A stretch of 64,000 nt of DNA from an uncultured Actinomycetota bacterium (GCA_963769435.1 CAVYLN010000001.1:84522-148521), one strand, 5' to 3'. Positions 20,406 to 30,042 are shown, numbered from the stretch's first letter. Program-made: numbers and translations. The notes: generated by a model from the sequence alone, not told the origin.

Positions 20406-20764
20406 CGGTGCTTTCTTGGCCGCCTTCGCCTGGCGCCTTCTTGGCCGGCGCCTTCTTCGCTGCGGGTGCCGCGGGCTGACTCTTGGTCGCGGCCTTGGCA
20501 GGGGCCTTCTTCACCGCAGCCTTCTTGGCCGTGGTCTTCGCCGGTGCCTTGGCGGCCGTTTTGGCCTTGGCGGTGGTCTTCTTCGCGGTCTCCGCAGCCA
20601 CCGGGGCCTTCTTCGACTTAACAGTCGGCACGTAACAACCTCTCGTCGAGGATCGGGTCTTTGTGGCACTCGCAGCATCAGTTCTGCTACGCCCAGTACA
20701 ACATTCTGTCACGTCCGCCCTATTCCCCCGGTAGTCGCCCGATCCGTGTCTTCGCGCATTGCGG

Positions 20765-21811
20765 TCATGCACTGCGCCGGACCTGGCCCCGCAGCACCTC
20801 CATCGGAATGCCGTCGGTGAGCGAGGTCCACGTATCCGGCGGTAGCCCGTGCGACAGCGCGTCGGCCACCAGCGGGGCCAGGGTGTTGCGCGAATCCAGT
20901 TCCATGGCACGCTCTGCGGCCACCAAAGCCGAAGCGCCGTCCCCGTCGGCCCAGGCAGCCAGCGCCAGCGTGGCGGCGACGGGCCCGGCATGAGTGTCGG
21001 GCAGATGGCGCAACGCGTACAGCAGCCGTGTTCGCACCTGGCGCAAGGGCTGTGCCAGAAGCGACTGCGGGCTCAGCACTATCGCCAACAGCGGGTCGCG
21101 CACGTGACAATCGCTGCATGCGAGTGCCAGGCAGACCACATCCGCCGGTGTGAGATCCTCACTCCCCTGCAGTACGTCCACCGCACTTCGCTCTAGCAGG
21201 TCCCGGGACCGTTCATAGTCGCCCTCGTGGGGTATCCCCCTGCGCAACTGCAGAAGTACGTGCGACGAGACCGCATCGGATGCGGGCTCGAACTGGGCGA
21301 GCAACTCGTCGCGGTTGGCCAGGCAGGTCATCCCCTCCGCGACACACTGCGCGACGATCGGGTGGTCACGGACCTCCCGCATGTCGATCTCGTGCTCGTA
21401 CGCCATGTCGTCAACGGCCAGAGTGCGTGCGGAAGCAGGTCCGATGATCAGCGAGGCGGCCACCTCAGTCACCGGAGTGAGCACCTTCGTCAACCAGGCG
21501 GACAGCTGCTTCACCAACTCCTCGGAAACGGAATCCGCGTATGCCAGAAGCAGCACGGTGGGTGGTGCGGGGTCCGGGATACCGTTGATGATGCTCTGCA
21601 TCCAACCGATCTCCGGGTACTGCGGCAGATCGACCCGGAGCACGAGGCTGCGGACCTCATCCCCGCCGCTGAACAGCAGGACCATCGAGTTCGTCGGAGT
21701 GAAACCGATCAGATAGGGCGTCGCAGCGATGGCAGCCTCGGGCGACGTGATGGAGATTCGCATGGACTCAGCCTCATCCGCACCGACCACGCCCACCAGA
21801 TGCCCGACCAC
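20765..21811 (-). CDS. DUF4192 family protein
   Basis: 348-aa ORF. The N-terminal PEAAIAATPYLIGFTPTNSMVLL and its position directly upstream of sigA on the same strand fit my recollection of DUF4192. An alternative start is the Met at 21763. Confidence 0.65.
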   Translation of the reverse strand: MVGHLVGVVGADEAESMRISITSPEAAIAATPYLIGFTPTNSMVLLFSGGDEVRSLVLRVDLPQYPEIGWMQSIINGIPDPAPPTVLLLAYADSVSEELVKQLSAWLTKVLTPVTEVAASLIIGPASARTLAVDDMAYEHEIDMREVRDHPIVAQCVAEGMTCLANRDELLAQFEPASDAVSSHVLLQLRRGIPHEGDYERSRDLLERSAVDVLQGSEDLTPADVVCLALACSDCHVRDPLLAIVLSPQSLLAQPLRQVRTRLLYALRHLPDTHAGPVAATLALAAWADGDGASALVAAERAMELDSRNTLAPLVADALSHGLPPDTWTSLTDGIPMEVLRGQVRRSA

Positions 21812-21832
21812 ATCTGTGGATGGGCCGAACCT

Positions 21833-22111
21833 TCATCCAGAGGCGTAGTCGGCGGTGGCGATGGCCTCCGCACTCTGCGCGGCATCGAAGTCCTCAGACC
21901 CGGCGATGAGCGGCACGAACCCGACAAGCATCCCGTCGGCGAGAACCTGCGCCTCGAGCCCGGCCGCGGCATCTGCGTCCCATATCGCCTCCCGACCTCC
22001 GGGGAGCACCACGCGGATCGCACTGTTCTGCAGACCGGTGGGCTGCACATGGGCCATGATCCGCCTGCGACGAAGCAGTTCCACGATCTCCTCGGCGTCT
22101 GCGGGCTGCAT
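21833..22111 (-). CDS. hypothetical protein
   Basis: ORF 21833..22174. The internal ATG at 22111 (MQPADAEEIVELLRRRR..) leaves room for the divergent promoter. G/C3-rich; no motif recognised. Confidence 0.4.
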   Translation of the reverse strand: MQPADAEEIVELLRRRRIMAHVQPTGLQNSAIRVVLPGGREAIWDADAAAGLEAQVLADGMLVGFVPLIAGSEDFDAAQSAEAIATADYASG

Positions 22112-22197
22112 CTCACTCCTGGCGCGGCGGTCGTCCGAAGATGGGGCAATCGTGCTGGCACGCTGGCCCCCCACGGAATGTCTGATAGGACAAAGGT

Positions 22198-24204
22198 ATG
22201 CGTAGACCCGTCATCGCGCTCACGCTGCTGGCACTTGTCGCCGGCGTGTCGCCCGCGATCGCCGTGACCGGCTCGCCCTCCCCCGAGCCGGTGGCACCGG
22301 CCAGCAGCGCCGATGCTCGCATCGCCGCCCCCACGGATTCCGCCAGCCCCACGGATTCCGCCAGCCCCACGGATTCCGCCAGCCCCACGGATTCCACCAG
22401 CCCCACGGAGACGTCCTCCTCGACGCCATCCGCGTCCACCTCACCGACCCCCACAGAGAGTCCGTTCGCCGGACCGTACGGGATTCCCATGCGACAGAAC
22501 ATCCGGGAGGACGCTTGGTGCCGGTTGCTGATCCCCAACAAGAAGGGGGACGCGGCTGAAGCAGACTCGATCATGGACGACAACATCGTCGACCTGGGCC
22601 AATACGGCTACTACCGACTCTCGAAGAATCCCAACTGGAAACCCCAGCGCACGCTCGACTCCTCCGGCAATACCCACGTCAACGGTCTGTACTGGGCGAC
22701 TCCGCTGCTCTACACCGGTGCCAGGCGCGGAGACACGCCGATGGTCAAACGGTTCTTCAGCCTCATCGGCGACTGGTTGGGCGACCACAAGAAGAAGAAG
22801 ACCCGGACCTGGTCGGTCACCCAGCCGATCATCGCCGGTGAGAGGCTCTGGACGCTCACCTGCGCGTCAGACATCAGCAACGGGTCCCGCTTCGTGAAAG
22901 CCACACGCAAGGAGGCGAACACCCAGATCAAGGCCTTCAAACTCGGTGGTGGCGTCAACAACACCGCGATCCACTCGCAGGGATCCGCCCTGGCCGCCTT
23001 CTGCTACCTCGGGGACCAGGAGAAGCGGGACCGCGCCGCCAACAACCTCAACCGACTGGCCGATTACCTGATCCTGGCCGACGGCAGCGACCGCGAGGGG
23101 TCTCCCTGGTACGCGTACTACACGCTGCGGCTACTGGAGAACCTCGCCCCGATCTACGCGCGCTGTGGGGTTTCGTACGACCAGATCTATGCGGCCACGA
23201 AACGCCTCGAACACTTCCTGGCGGCTGCGGTCGACCCGAACTTCTACCTGGTGATGAAGGGCGACACCCATCGCGCACGGCTCACCCAGAAGTGGTTCGC
23301 GCCCGACTCCGAGGCCCGTTGGGCGGCGACACAGGGCGCAGAGGGCCAGCCCCCCGCCAACCTCTATGAGGTCTTCTCCGGGGGCTACGTCTTCGGCCGC
23401 AACAGTTGGACAGACGTGGATGGTCATCGCCCGTCGTTCTTCTCCGTTCGTGTCTCCAGGCCATATGTGACCGCGCACGTGCACAGCGATCTCGGCTCGG
23501 TCACGTTCAACAGCTATGGCGCGGAGTTCATCGGCGACCCGGGGCCCTACCGCTACGACAACTCCGCCATACGCGACTACATGGTCAGCCGATCCGGACA
23601 CAGCGTGATCCGCGTGATCGAGAAACCCAAGAAGAAGCCGAAGAAGGTCAAGAGGTCGAGCCTGGGTCTCGCGTCGTCACCCATGGCCGCTTCAGCCGCC
23701 GCCTCCTCGGTGCTGTCAACGACCAGCGACCCCTACAACCGCACGTGTCTGAGAGACCGGACCTACACCGCAGCGGTGATCAAGCGGTGCGTCTACTACG
23801 ACACGGCCATCGACGGACTCGTGGTCGTCGACTCGGTGCGCGCCAAGAAGCGCATCCGGTTCGACCAGCGCTGGCAGATCCCCAATGGAGTGAAAGTGAA
23901 GCGCGCCAAACGGGGCGCGATCCTGACCGCCGGCACTGCTCAGGCGCGGGTGAGGTTCAAGGGGGGCGGCGTCGTGCGAAAGTACCGGCCGAAAGGAAAG
24001 CGGCCCGATGGGTGGTTCACCAACGGATACGGGGAACTGGTCAAGGGCACGGTGCTGCAGCGAGGCAGGCTGCTCGCAAAGGGCAAGAAGCGCTCGTGGG
24101 TCACGGTGGTCGCAGCGGGCACGTCGACTCCGGGCATATCGGTGAAGGACTCAGCGGTCGCGGTGACCCGTGGGACCACGACCACCACCTTCCCGCTGCC
24201 CTGA
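22198..24204 (+). CDS. secreted heparinase II/III-like (polysaccharide lyase-like) protein
   Basis: 668-aa ORF with signal peptide MRRPVIALTLLALVAGVSPAIA and a PTDSAS repeat linker. The C-terminal region HVHSDLGSVTFNSYGAEFIGDPGPYRYDN...SRSGHSVIRV resembles the heparinase II/III family signature. Confidence 0.7.
   Translation: MRRPVIALTLLALVAGVSPAIAVTGSPSPEPVAPASSADARIAAPTDSASPTDSASPTDSASPTDSTSPTETSSSTPSASTSPTPTESPFAGPYGIPMRQNIREDAWCRLLIPNKKGDAAEADSIMDDNIVDLGQYGYYRLSKNPNWKPQRTLDSSGNTHVNGLYWATPLLYTGARRGDTPMVKRFFSLIGDWLGDHKKKKTRTWSVTQPIIAGERLWTLTCASDISNGSRFVKATRKEANTQIKAFKLGGGVNNTAIHSQGSALAAFCYLGDQEKRDRAANNLNRLADYLILADGSDREGSPWYAYYTLRLLENLAPIYARCGVSYDQIYAATKRLEHFLAAAVDPNFYLVMKGDTHRARLTQKWFAPDSEARWAATQGAEGQPPANLYEVFSGGYVFGRNSWTDVDGHRPSFFSVRVSRPYVTAHVHSDLGSVTFNSYGAEFIGDPGPYRYDNSAIRDYMVSRSGHSVIRVIEKPKKKPKKVKRSSLGLASSPMAASAAASSVLSTTSDPYNRTCLRDRTYTAAVIKRCVYYDTAIDGLVVVDSVRAKKRIRFDQRWQIPNGVKVKRAKRGAILTAGTAQARVRFKGGGVVRKYRPKGKRPDGWFTNGYGELVKGTVLQRGRLLAKGKKRSWVTVVAAGTSTPGISVKDSAVAVTRGTTTTTFPLP
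22330..22410 (+). repeat. in-frame 18-bp tandem repeat, ~4.5 copies (CCCACGGATTCCGCCAGC, encoding PTDSAS)
   Basis: Three identical units at 22330-22383, a fourth with one substitution (GCC to ACC) at 22384-22401, and a partial fifth at 22402-22410. Confidence 0.95.
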
Positions 24205-24207
24205 GGG

Positions 24208-25305
24208 CTATCCCCGTCGGTCACCACGGGCGTCTTTGGCCGCCATGGTCGCCAGCCCCATCAGCAGTTGGATCGCCACGTCGACGGGCACTTCGTTGAC
24301 CTCTGCGTCCTCGGGACCCGGCGCCGCGGGCACGATCAGGTCCTCGAGGTCACCCTGGATCGACACCCCGGAGTCACGAATGCGTCCGATCGTCTCCCGG
24401 GTTCTCTCGTCGACTCGGCTCAGCGCCCACTGCGGGGTCCGGATGGCATGCTCATCCACGCCGGGCTGGCGTCCGTCGACCAGACCCCACAGTGCTCCGC
24501 GCCGGATCCACTGGTGGTACTGCTGTGCCGGCATCGGGACCTTCTGTTCGATCTCGACGAGCCATTGCCGGACCAGCGCAGCTTCCTCATAACTCAAGGA
24601 CCGATTGGTCTTCGTCACCACCCTGTGCAGGGTGTCTGGTTCGAGGCCGATGACCCGTTCGGCATCCCGCAGGATCCGCAGTGGATCGGAGGAGTCCACC
24701 ACGATCACGGTGACTCGATCCGGGCCCACGATCGAAGCCCAGCGATCGATCAGCCCCGCATAGTCGAAACGTCCCCAGAAAGTGGAGTTCTTGCCCTCCA
24801 GCGTCTCGCGCAGCCACGTGTCATACGGCTTGACCACGCGCGACTTCGCGTGGCGCAACGGCCCCGGTAGCGGTTTCGGGGCACCGGACTTCAGCGACTG
24901 CTGCCAGGAACTGGGCAGGATCAGGGCAAGGGGGCGCAGCGTCAGCAGGACGCGGACTGTCTGCCGCCCCCCGAGGTCCGCCACGATCTTGGCGGCGAGG
25001 TCGGGCTCTGCGTCGGCGAACTGTTCGCTGGAAACGACCGCACGGTCCTTGCGACGTGCGACGCGGGCTGTGAACTTCTCCCACACCTCCGGTGGAACCG
25101 GCGGGTCGGACGGATGGGCGGTGGTGGAGATGCCCAGCGCCGAGCAGGAGGGGGTCCAGTGCGAAAACTTCTTGCCCGGGTACAGGACGCCTTGTGACTT
25201 CATCGACGACCTGGCCGCCGCCATGGACTGCTGCAAAGCTGTGGTCCCGGTCTTGGGGGGGCCGATGTGCAGCAGGACCTCACCGGATTGCAGCGTTGGA
25301 TTCAC
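24208..25305 (-). CDS. sulfotransferase-like protein
   Basis: 365-aa ORF with a 5'-PSB-like motif HIGPPKTGTT and a 3'-PB-like LRPLALILPSSWQQ. The GTG start overlaps the upstream gene's TGA (GTGA at 25302-25305). Confidence 0.6.
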   Translation of the reverse strand: MNPTLQSGEVLLHIGPPKTGTTALQQSMAAARSSMKSQGVLYPGKKFSHWTPSCSALGISTTAHPSDPPVPPEVWEKFTARVARRKDRAVVSSEQFADAEPDLAAKIVADLGGRQTVRVLLTLRPLALILPSSWQQSLKSGAPKPLPGPLRHAKSRVVKPYDTWLRETLEGKNSTFWGRFDYAGLIDRWASIVGPDRVTVIVVDSSDPLRILRDAERVIGLEPDTLHRVVTKTNRSLSYEEAALVRQWLVEIEQKVPMPAQQYHQWIRRGALWGLVDGRQPGVDEHAIRTPQWALSRVDERTRETIGRIRDSGVSIQGDLEDLIVPAAPGPEDAEVNEVPVDVAIQLLMGLATMAAKDARGDRRG

Positions 25306-25772
25306 TGTTCATTCCCTGATCTCGGCTCCACCGGGAAACAGACTCTGGTCCTCGGCAGATCGACCTCTGGACCGTCCAGGTAACTCTCCCAGGGGTCCCC
25401 GCTCACCAGGAGGCCGTGTCGGGCGACCCACTCCATCACCGCATGGAACGCCTCCGGGAGTGCGTCATACGAACCCACGTGCACGGTGGACGCCACCTGC
25501 CCGGCCGGCAGGTCCCCCGACTCGAGGCGTCCAACAGCAGTCACCGAGCCCTGGAAGGGGACGCCCGCGGTCACCCGGAAGGTCTCCCCCTCGACCCGGT
25601 ACCGCGCAAAGGGGGGGCCGGAGGCCATGATCCCCTGCGTCGCCAGGGCTTCGAAGATCTCCGCATAGGCTCCCCCGAGGAAACCCGGCACCGCGTCCCG
25701 GGCAAGGGTCTCCCGGATCACCGCGGCGTTCTGGGCATCCACTTGCTCGAGAATCACCTCATAGTCCACCAC
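25302..25772 (-). CDS. GyrI-like small-molecule-binding domain protein
   Basis: The C-terminal part of ORF 25302..26033; the upstream part overlaps the nrdJ 3' end. The likely start is the GTG at 25772, giving ~156 aa. The pattern PFARY...VGVPF...HVGSYDALPEAFHAVMEWV...PWESYLDGP is typical of GyrI-like effector-binding domains. Confidence 0.6.
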   Translation of the reverse strand: MVDYEVILEQVDAQNAAVIRETLARDAVPGFLGGAYAEIFEALATQGIMASGPPFARYRVEGETFRVTAGVPFQGSVTAVGRLESGDLPAGQVASTVHVGSYDALPEAFHAVMEWVARHGLLVSGDPWESYLDGPEVDLPRTRVCFPVEPRSGNEQ

Positions 25773-25889
25773 AACACTGTGCCAGGTATGTGATGCATGC
25801 GGGCCAAGGGCCCACGAGATCTCAGCGTCCGGCAGACAGACGGGAGCCCCACCCACCAGCACTGCAGTGGGTACCGGAGCGTACAAAGC

Positions 25890-25927
25890 CTGTGGGGTCC
25901 TCCACCTCGAGGTGAAGGACCCCACAG
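25890..25927 (-). terminator. hairpin 22 nt downstream of the nrdJ stop
   Basis: Perfect 12-bp stem CTGTGGGGTCCT / AGGACCCCACAG. The 14-nt loop itself contains the palindrome CACCTCGAGGTG. On the transcribed strand it is followed by GCTTTGT. Confidence 0.5.
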
Positions 25928-25948
25928 ATTGCTCGGGAGAGTGTTCGA

Positions 25949-28783
25949 CTAGCTGCAACCGCTGGTCGAGCCGCAGCCCTCGCAGACATAGCAGGAACCA
26001 GCCGGACGCATCTTGATCCCGCAGGTCATGCACAGCGGCGCATCCGCCGTCTTGCCGGTGATCGCCTCCAGCAACTCCGCGGAGGAATGGACGGACGAAG
26101 GAACGCTGATGACACCTGCCTCATGAACCCTGGTGGGGGTGTCGAGGTCCTCCGGCTCGATCGGGGCGGCGGTCGGTGAGTCAGAGCCATGTCCGGCCGA
26201 CTCGTCGAGCTGCCCCGCCCTCTCGTCCGCGGTGAAGATCCCCAGACCTGCCCGCTTCTCGTAGGGCAGATGATCAAGGGCCAGGCGCCGGAAGATGTAG
26301 TCCATCATGGACTGCGCCATCCGGATGTCCGGGTCGTCGGTCATTCCTGAGGGTTCGAACCGCATGTTCACGAACTTCGACACGTACGCCTCGAGCGGCA
26401 CGCCGTACTGCAGGGCGATGCTGATGGCGATCGAGAACGCGTCCATCACCCCGGCCAGAGTGGATCCCTGCTTGCCGAGCTTCAGGAAGACTTCCCCGAG
26501 CCCGTCATCGGGGTACGACCCAGCGGTCATGTAGCCCTCAGCGCCACCGACGCTGAACGAGATGGTCTGGCTCGGACGGACCTTCGGCAGTCGCTTGCGG
26601 ACGGGCCGGTGTTCGACCTCTGCCTCCACCACCGCCTGCTTCTTCTCGGCCTTGCCGTCGGACAGCGGCTGCCCGACCTTGCAGTTGTCGCGGTAGATGG
26701 CCAGCGCCTTCAGACCGGTCTTCCAGCCCTGGTAGTAGATCTCTTCCACTTCTTCGATGCTGGCGGACTCCGGCATGTTCACCGTCTTGGAGATCGCACC
26801 TGACAGGAAGGGCTGCACGGCTGCCATCATGCGCACGTGTCCCATCGGGCTGATGGCACGCTCACCCATCGCACAGTCGAACACCGAGTAGTGCTCCGGC
26901 TTCAGACCGGGTGCGTCGACCACGTGCCCGTGCTCGGCGATGTACTCGACGATCGCCTCGATGGTCTCCTCGGCGTAGCCGAGTTTGGCAAGTGCGCGCG
27001 GGATCGTCTGGTTGACGATCTGCATCGAGCCACCGCCGACGAGTTTCTTGAACTTGACCAGCGAGAAGTCCGGCTCGATACCCGTGGTGTCGCAGTCCAT
27101 CATGAAGCCGATGGTGCCGGTGGGCGCGAGGACGCTGGCCTGCGCGTTGCGCCACCCGTTCTTCTCACCGATGGCATTGCCTTCCTGCCACGCAGCCGAC
27201 GCCAACCGAAGCACATCCGCATCCAGGCTGGACACCGAACGCACGCTGTCTGTGGCTGCGGCATGCTTGCGCATGACCCGGGCGTGCGCCGTCGCGTTGC
27301 GACCGAATCCCTGATACGGACCCACCACGCCCGCCAGTTCCGCTGAACGCTTGTAGGCAGCGCCGGTCATGAGGCTCGTGATCGACCCGGCGAGTGCCCG
27401 GCCGGCGTCGGAGTCGTAGGCCAGACCACATGCCATCAGCAACGCGCCGAGGTTGGCGTACCCGATCCCGAGCTGACGGTAGTCCCGCGTGGTCTTCCCG
27501 ATCGCTTCGGTCGGGAAGTCGGCGAAACAGATGGAGATGTCCATCGCCGTGATGATCATCTGCACTGCCTTGCTGAACTTCTCCGCGTCGAAGGATCCGT
27601 CGTCCTGCAGGAACTTGAGCAGGTTCAGTGAGGCAAGGTTGCAGGAACTGTTGTCCAGCGACATGTACTCCGAGCACGGGTTGGATGCCGTGATCCGGCC
27701 GGTCTCGGGATTTGTGTGCCAGTCGTTGATCGTGTCGTCGTACTGGATACCCGGGTCGGCGCAGGCCCACGCCGCCTCGGACATCTTGCGGAACAGTTTC
27801 TTCGCGTCGACGGTCTCGATCACTTCGCCTGTGGTGCGCGAGCGCAGCCCGAACTCCTCACTGGACTCGACCGCACGCATGAACTCGTCAGACACCCGCA
27901 CCGAGTTGTTCGCGTTCTGGTACTGAACACTGTTGATGTCTTTGCCGCCGAGGTCCATGTCGAAGCCGGCGTCCCGGAGGACCCGGATCTTCTCCTCTTC
28001 CCGGACCTTCGTCTCGATGAACTCCTCTACGTCCGGGTGGTCGACGTCGAGTACGACCATCTTTGCGGCCCGACGGGTCGCCCCACCCGACTTGATCGTC
28101 CCCGCCGACGCGTCGGCGCCCCGCATGAAGGACACGGGACCGGACGCGGTCCCTCCAGAGGATCGCAACAACTCCTTGCTGGATCGGATGCGGGAGATGT
28201 TGAGCCCCGCGCCGGAGCCACCCTTGAAGATGAGCCCCTCCTCGCGGTACCAGTTGAGGATCGAGTCCATGGTGTCGTCGACGGAGAGGATGAAGCACGC
28301 ACTCACCTGCTGCGGTGCGGTCGTACCCACGTTGAACCACACCGGGGAGTTGAACGAGAACACCTGGTGCAACAGCATCCAGGTCAACTCCCGCTCGAAG
28401 ACGTCGGCGTCCTTCTCGGTGGCGAAGTAGCCGTTCTCCTTACCCGACTTGACGTAGGTGAGCACGACCCGATCGATGAGCTGCTTGAGACTCCACTCGC
28501 GCTGATCGGTGCCCAGCGCCCCGCGGAAGTACTTGGTGGTGACGATGGTCGACGCGTTGATCGACCAGAACGCGGGGTATTCGACACCACGCTGCTCGAA
28601 GACCACCTCATCGGTCTTCCAATTCGTCTGGACCACATCGCGACGTTCCCACTCGACCTCGTCGTACGGGTGCACACCGGGCGTGGTGAACAGCGGTTCG
28701 ATCGTCAAACCTGTCGTCTGCACGGTCACCTCGGCCCCTTTCGCGCCCGCCGTTCGCGCCTTGGGAATGGACTGTTCGGTCAT
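25949..28783 (-). CDS. nrdJ: adenosylcobalamin-dependent (class II) ribonucleotide reductase
   Basis: 944-aa ORF with [23 protein letters not shown] and a C-terminal Cys cluster CMTCG...CYVCEGCG. Translationally coupled to nrdR (ATGA at 28780-28783). Confidence 0.92.
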   Translation of the reverse strand: MTEQSIPKARTAGAKGAEVTVQTTGLTIEPLFTTPGVHPYDEVEWERRDVVQTNWKTDEVVFEQRGVEYPAFWSINASTIVTTKYFRGALGTDQREWSLKQLIDRVVLTYVKSGKENGYFATEKDADVFERELTWMLLHQVFSFNSPVWFNVGTTAPQQVSACFILSVDDTMDSILNWYREEGLIFKGGSGAGLNISRIRSSKELLRSSGGTASGPVSFMRGADASAGTIKSGGATRRAAKMVVLDVDHPDVEEFIETKVREEEKIRVLRDAGFDMDLGGKDINSVQYQNANNSVRVSDEFMRAVESSEEFGLRSRTTGEVIETVDAKKLFRKMSEAAWACADPGIQYDDTINDWHTNPETGRITASNPCSEYMSLDNSSCNLASLNLLKFLQDDGSFDAEKFSKAVQMIITAMDISICFADFPTEAIGKTTRDYRQLGIGYANLGALLMACGLAYDSDAGRALAGSITSLMTGAAYKRSAELAGVVGPYQGFGRNATAHARVMRKHAAATDSVRSVSSLDADVLRLASAAWQEGNAIGEKNGWRNAQASVLAPTGTIGFMMDCDTTGIEPDFSLVKFKKLVGGGSMQIVNQTIPRALAKLGYAEETIEAIVEYIAEHGHVVDAPGLKPEHYSVFDCAMGERAISPMGHVRMMAAVQPFLSGAISKTVNMPESASIEEVEEIYYQGWKTGLKALAIYRDNCKVGQPLSDGKAEKKQAVVEAEVEHRPVRKRLPKVRPSQTISFSVGGAEGYMTAGSYPDDGLGEVFLKLGKQGSTLAGVMDAFSIAISIALQYGVPLEAYVSKFVNMRFEPSGMTDDPDIRMAQSMMDYIFRRLALDHLPYEKRAGLGIFTADERAGQLDESAGHGSDSPTAAPIEPEDLDTPTRVHEAGVISVPSSVHSSAELLEAITGKTADAPLCMTCGIKMRPAGSCYVCEGCGSTSGCS

Positions 28784-29316
28784 GTGCCCTCCTTATGGAC
28801 AACAGTTGCGAGGGGCCGTTTGTGCCCTTCAGTGATGTCGATCGGTACTTCTTCCTGACGCCCGGCCTCAATGCGACTGGCTTTCAGCAAAGCGATTTCG
28901 TGTTCGAAGTCGGCCAGCGAATCGAACGATCGGTACACGGACGCGAATCGCAGATATGCCACCTCGTCCAGGTCCCGCAACGGCCCGAGGATGGTCAAGC
29001 CGATCTCGTGGGCCGGCACTTCCGCGCACCCCGAGTCGCGCAGTGAATCCTCGACCTGCTGCGCGAGCACGGCCAACTCGTCGTCGGTCACGGGGCGGCC
29101 CTGACAGGCCTTGCGCACCCCACTGACGATCTTCGACCTGCGGAACGGTTCGACCACCCCTGAGCGCTTCACCACGTTCAGCGCCGCCACCTCGATGGTG
29201 GTGAATCGACGACTGCAGTGCGCGCACTGGCGTCGTCTGCGTACTGCCGCGCCGTCGTCGGCGAGCCGGCTGTCGACGACTCGGGAGTCGTCGCCGCGGC
29301 AGAACGGGCAGTGCAT
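28780..29316 (-). CDS. nrdR: transcriptional repressor NrdR
   Basis: MHCPFC...[10 protein letters not shown] zinc ribbon followed by an ATP-cone. The family normally starts at MHCPFC (ATG 29316); the ORF track starts 12 nt earlier. Confidence 0.92.
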   Translation of the reverse strand: MHCPFCRGDDSRVVDSRLADDGAAVRRRRQCAHCSRRFTTIEVAALNVVKRSGVVEPFRRSKIVSGVRKACQGRPVTDDELAVLAQQVEDSLRDSGCAEVPAHEIGLTILGPLRDLDEVAYLRFASVYRSFDSLADFEHEIALLKASRIEAGRQEEVPIDITEGHKRPLATVVHKEGT

Positions 29317-29354
29317 CACAACCTCCACAACGGGCAGGGAATTGCAGCGAATTG

Positions 29355-29365
29355 CACATCCTGTG
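29355..29365. promoter_or_regulatory. possible third NrdR-box-like palindrome (CACATCCTGTG)
   Basis: CACA-N3-TGTG core ~40 nt upstream of the nrdR start. Its spacing to the other two boxes is atypical. Confidence 0.25.
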
Positions 29366-29408
29366 GACGAATCGGCGGACTACCTGGGGACAACCTGTGC
29401 CGAAACAA

Positions 29409-29454
29409 CCACAATCTGTGGATGAATAACAACGGTGTAACTACTACATGTGGT
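29409..29454. promoter_or_regulatory. tandem NrdR-box candidates upstream of nrdR-nrdJ
   Basis: CCACAATCTGTGG (29409-29421) and ACTACATGTGGT (29443-29454) are imperfect palindromes resembling the NrdR box core (CAC-w-A..T-w-GTG). Their centres are ~33 nt apart, about three helical turns. Confidence 0.45.
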
Positions 29455-29540
29455 GGTAACCGTATGCGTCGCGTGCAGAGTGCGCAAGCACTTTGGGCAC
29501 AGTGTCGGCAAATGCGTGTCGCCGGACCCGGGTCACGCCG

Positions 29541-30006
29541 TCAGACGGTCGGCAGCTGGAGTACATCCCCGACCTGGAGCACATGGTGGGCGTCGAGCCC
29601 GTTGAGGGTGCGCAGCACCTCCACGGTCGCCCGCGGGTCCGCGTCCGGCACCGTGGCCCGGGCGATGCTCCACAGCGTGTCTCCGGGCGCGACGGTCCAC
29701 GCCGGATACGCCGCACTCTCCGCCACAGCACTGGCGGGCGCAACGGGCGCGGTCGCCGCCACGACCTGGCTGGCCGCCCGTGCCCCGAGCCCCGAAAAGA
29801 GCCAGTGCGAGCACGAACAGGAGGACTCCGGCGCCCACCAGTCGCCACGACGCGGGCACAGTCCAGTGACCGCGGTCGTCGAACGGCACGTCGGCCTGGG
29901 AGGTGTCCCGCACCGGCCGCACGCCGGTGACCCTGATGGACCCTTCGAGGGAACCGACCACTACGCGGGGGAAGCGCTGATGGTAGCCATGACTGCTCCT
30001 TCTCAA
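29541..30006 (-). pseudogene. LysM-domain membrane protein (ChiZ/Rv2719c-like), read through one or two frame breaks
   Basis: ORF 29533..30006 gives an N-terminal region with TM helix WRLVGAGVLLFVLALALFGA. The LysM domain (YPAWTVAPGDTLWSIA...LNGLDAHHVLQVGDVLQLP) is in another frame (ORF 29541..29762). The switch falls at the G4 runs near 29783-29793. It is divergent from lexA, as Rv2719c is in M. tuberculosis. Confidence 0.65.
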
Positions 30007-30026
30007 ACATGATCGTCATCGCGATC

Positions 30027-30042
30027 TCGAACACACGTTCTC
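30027..30042. promoter_or_regulatory. SOS box 1 (LexA operator) TCGAACACACGTTCTC
   Basis: Matches the actinobacterial consensus TCGAAC-N4-GTTCGA at 14/16 positions if the N4 is counted as matching. It lies in the lexA/LysM divergent region. Confidence 0.7.

Noticed and set aside
22330-22410. Possible CRISPR-like repeat array
   Set aside because: The units are contiguous 18-mers with no spacers, in frame within a coding region, and no cas genes are nearby. It is a coding tandem repeat.
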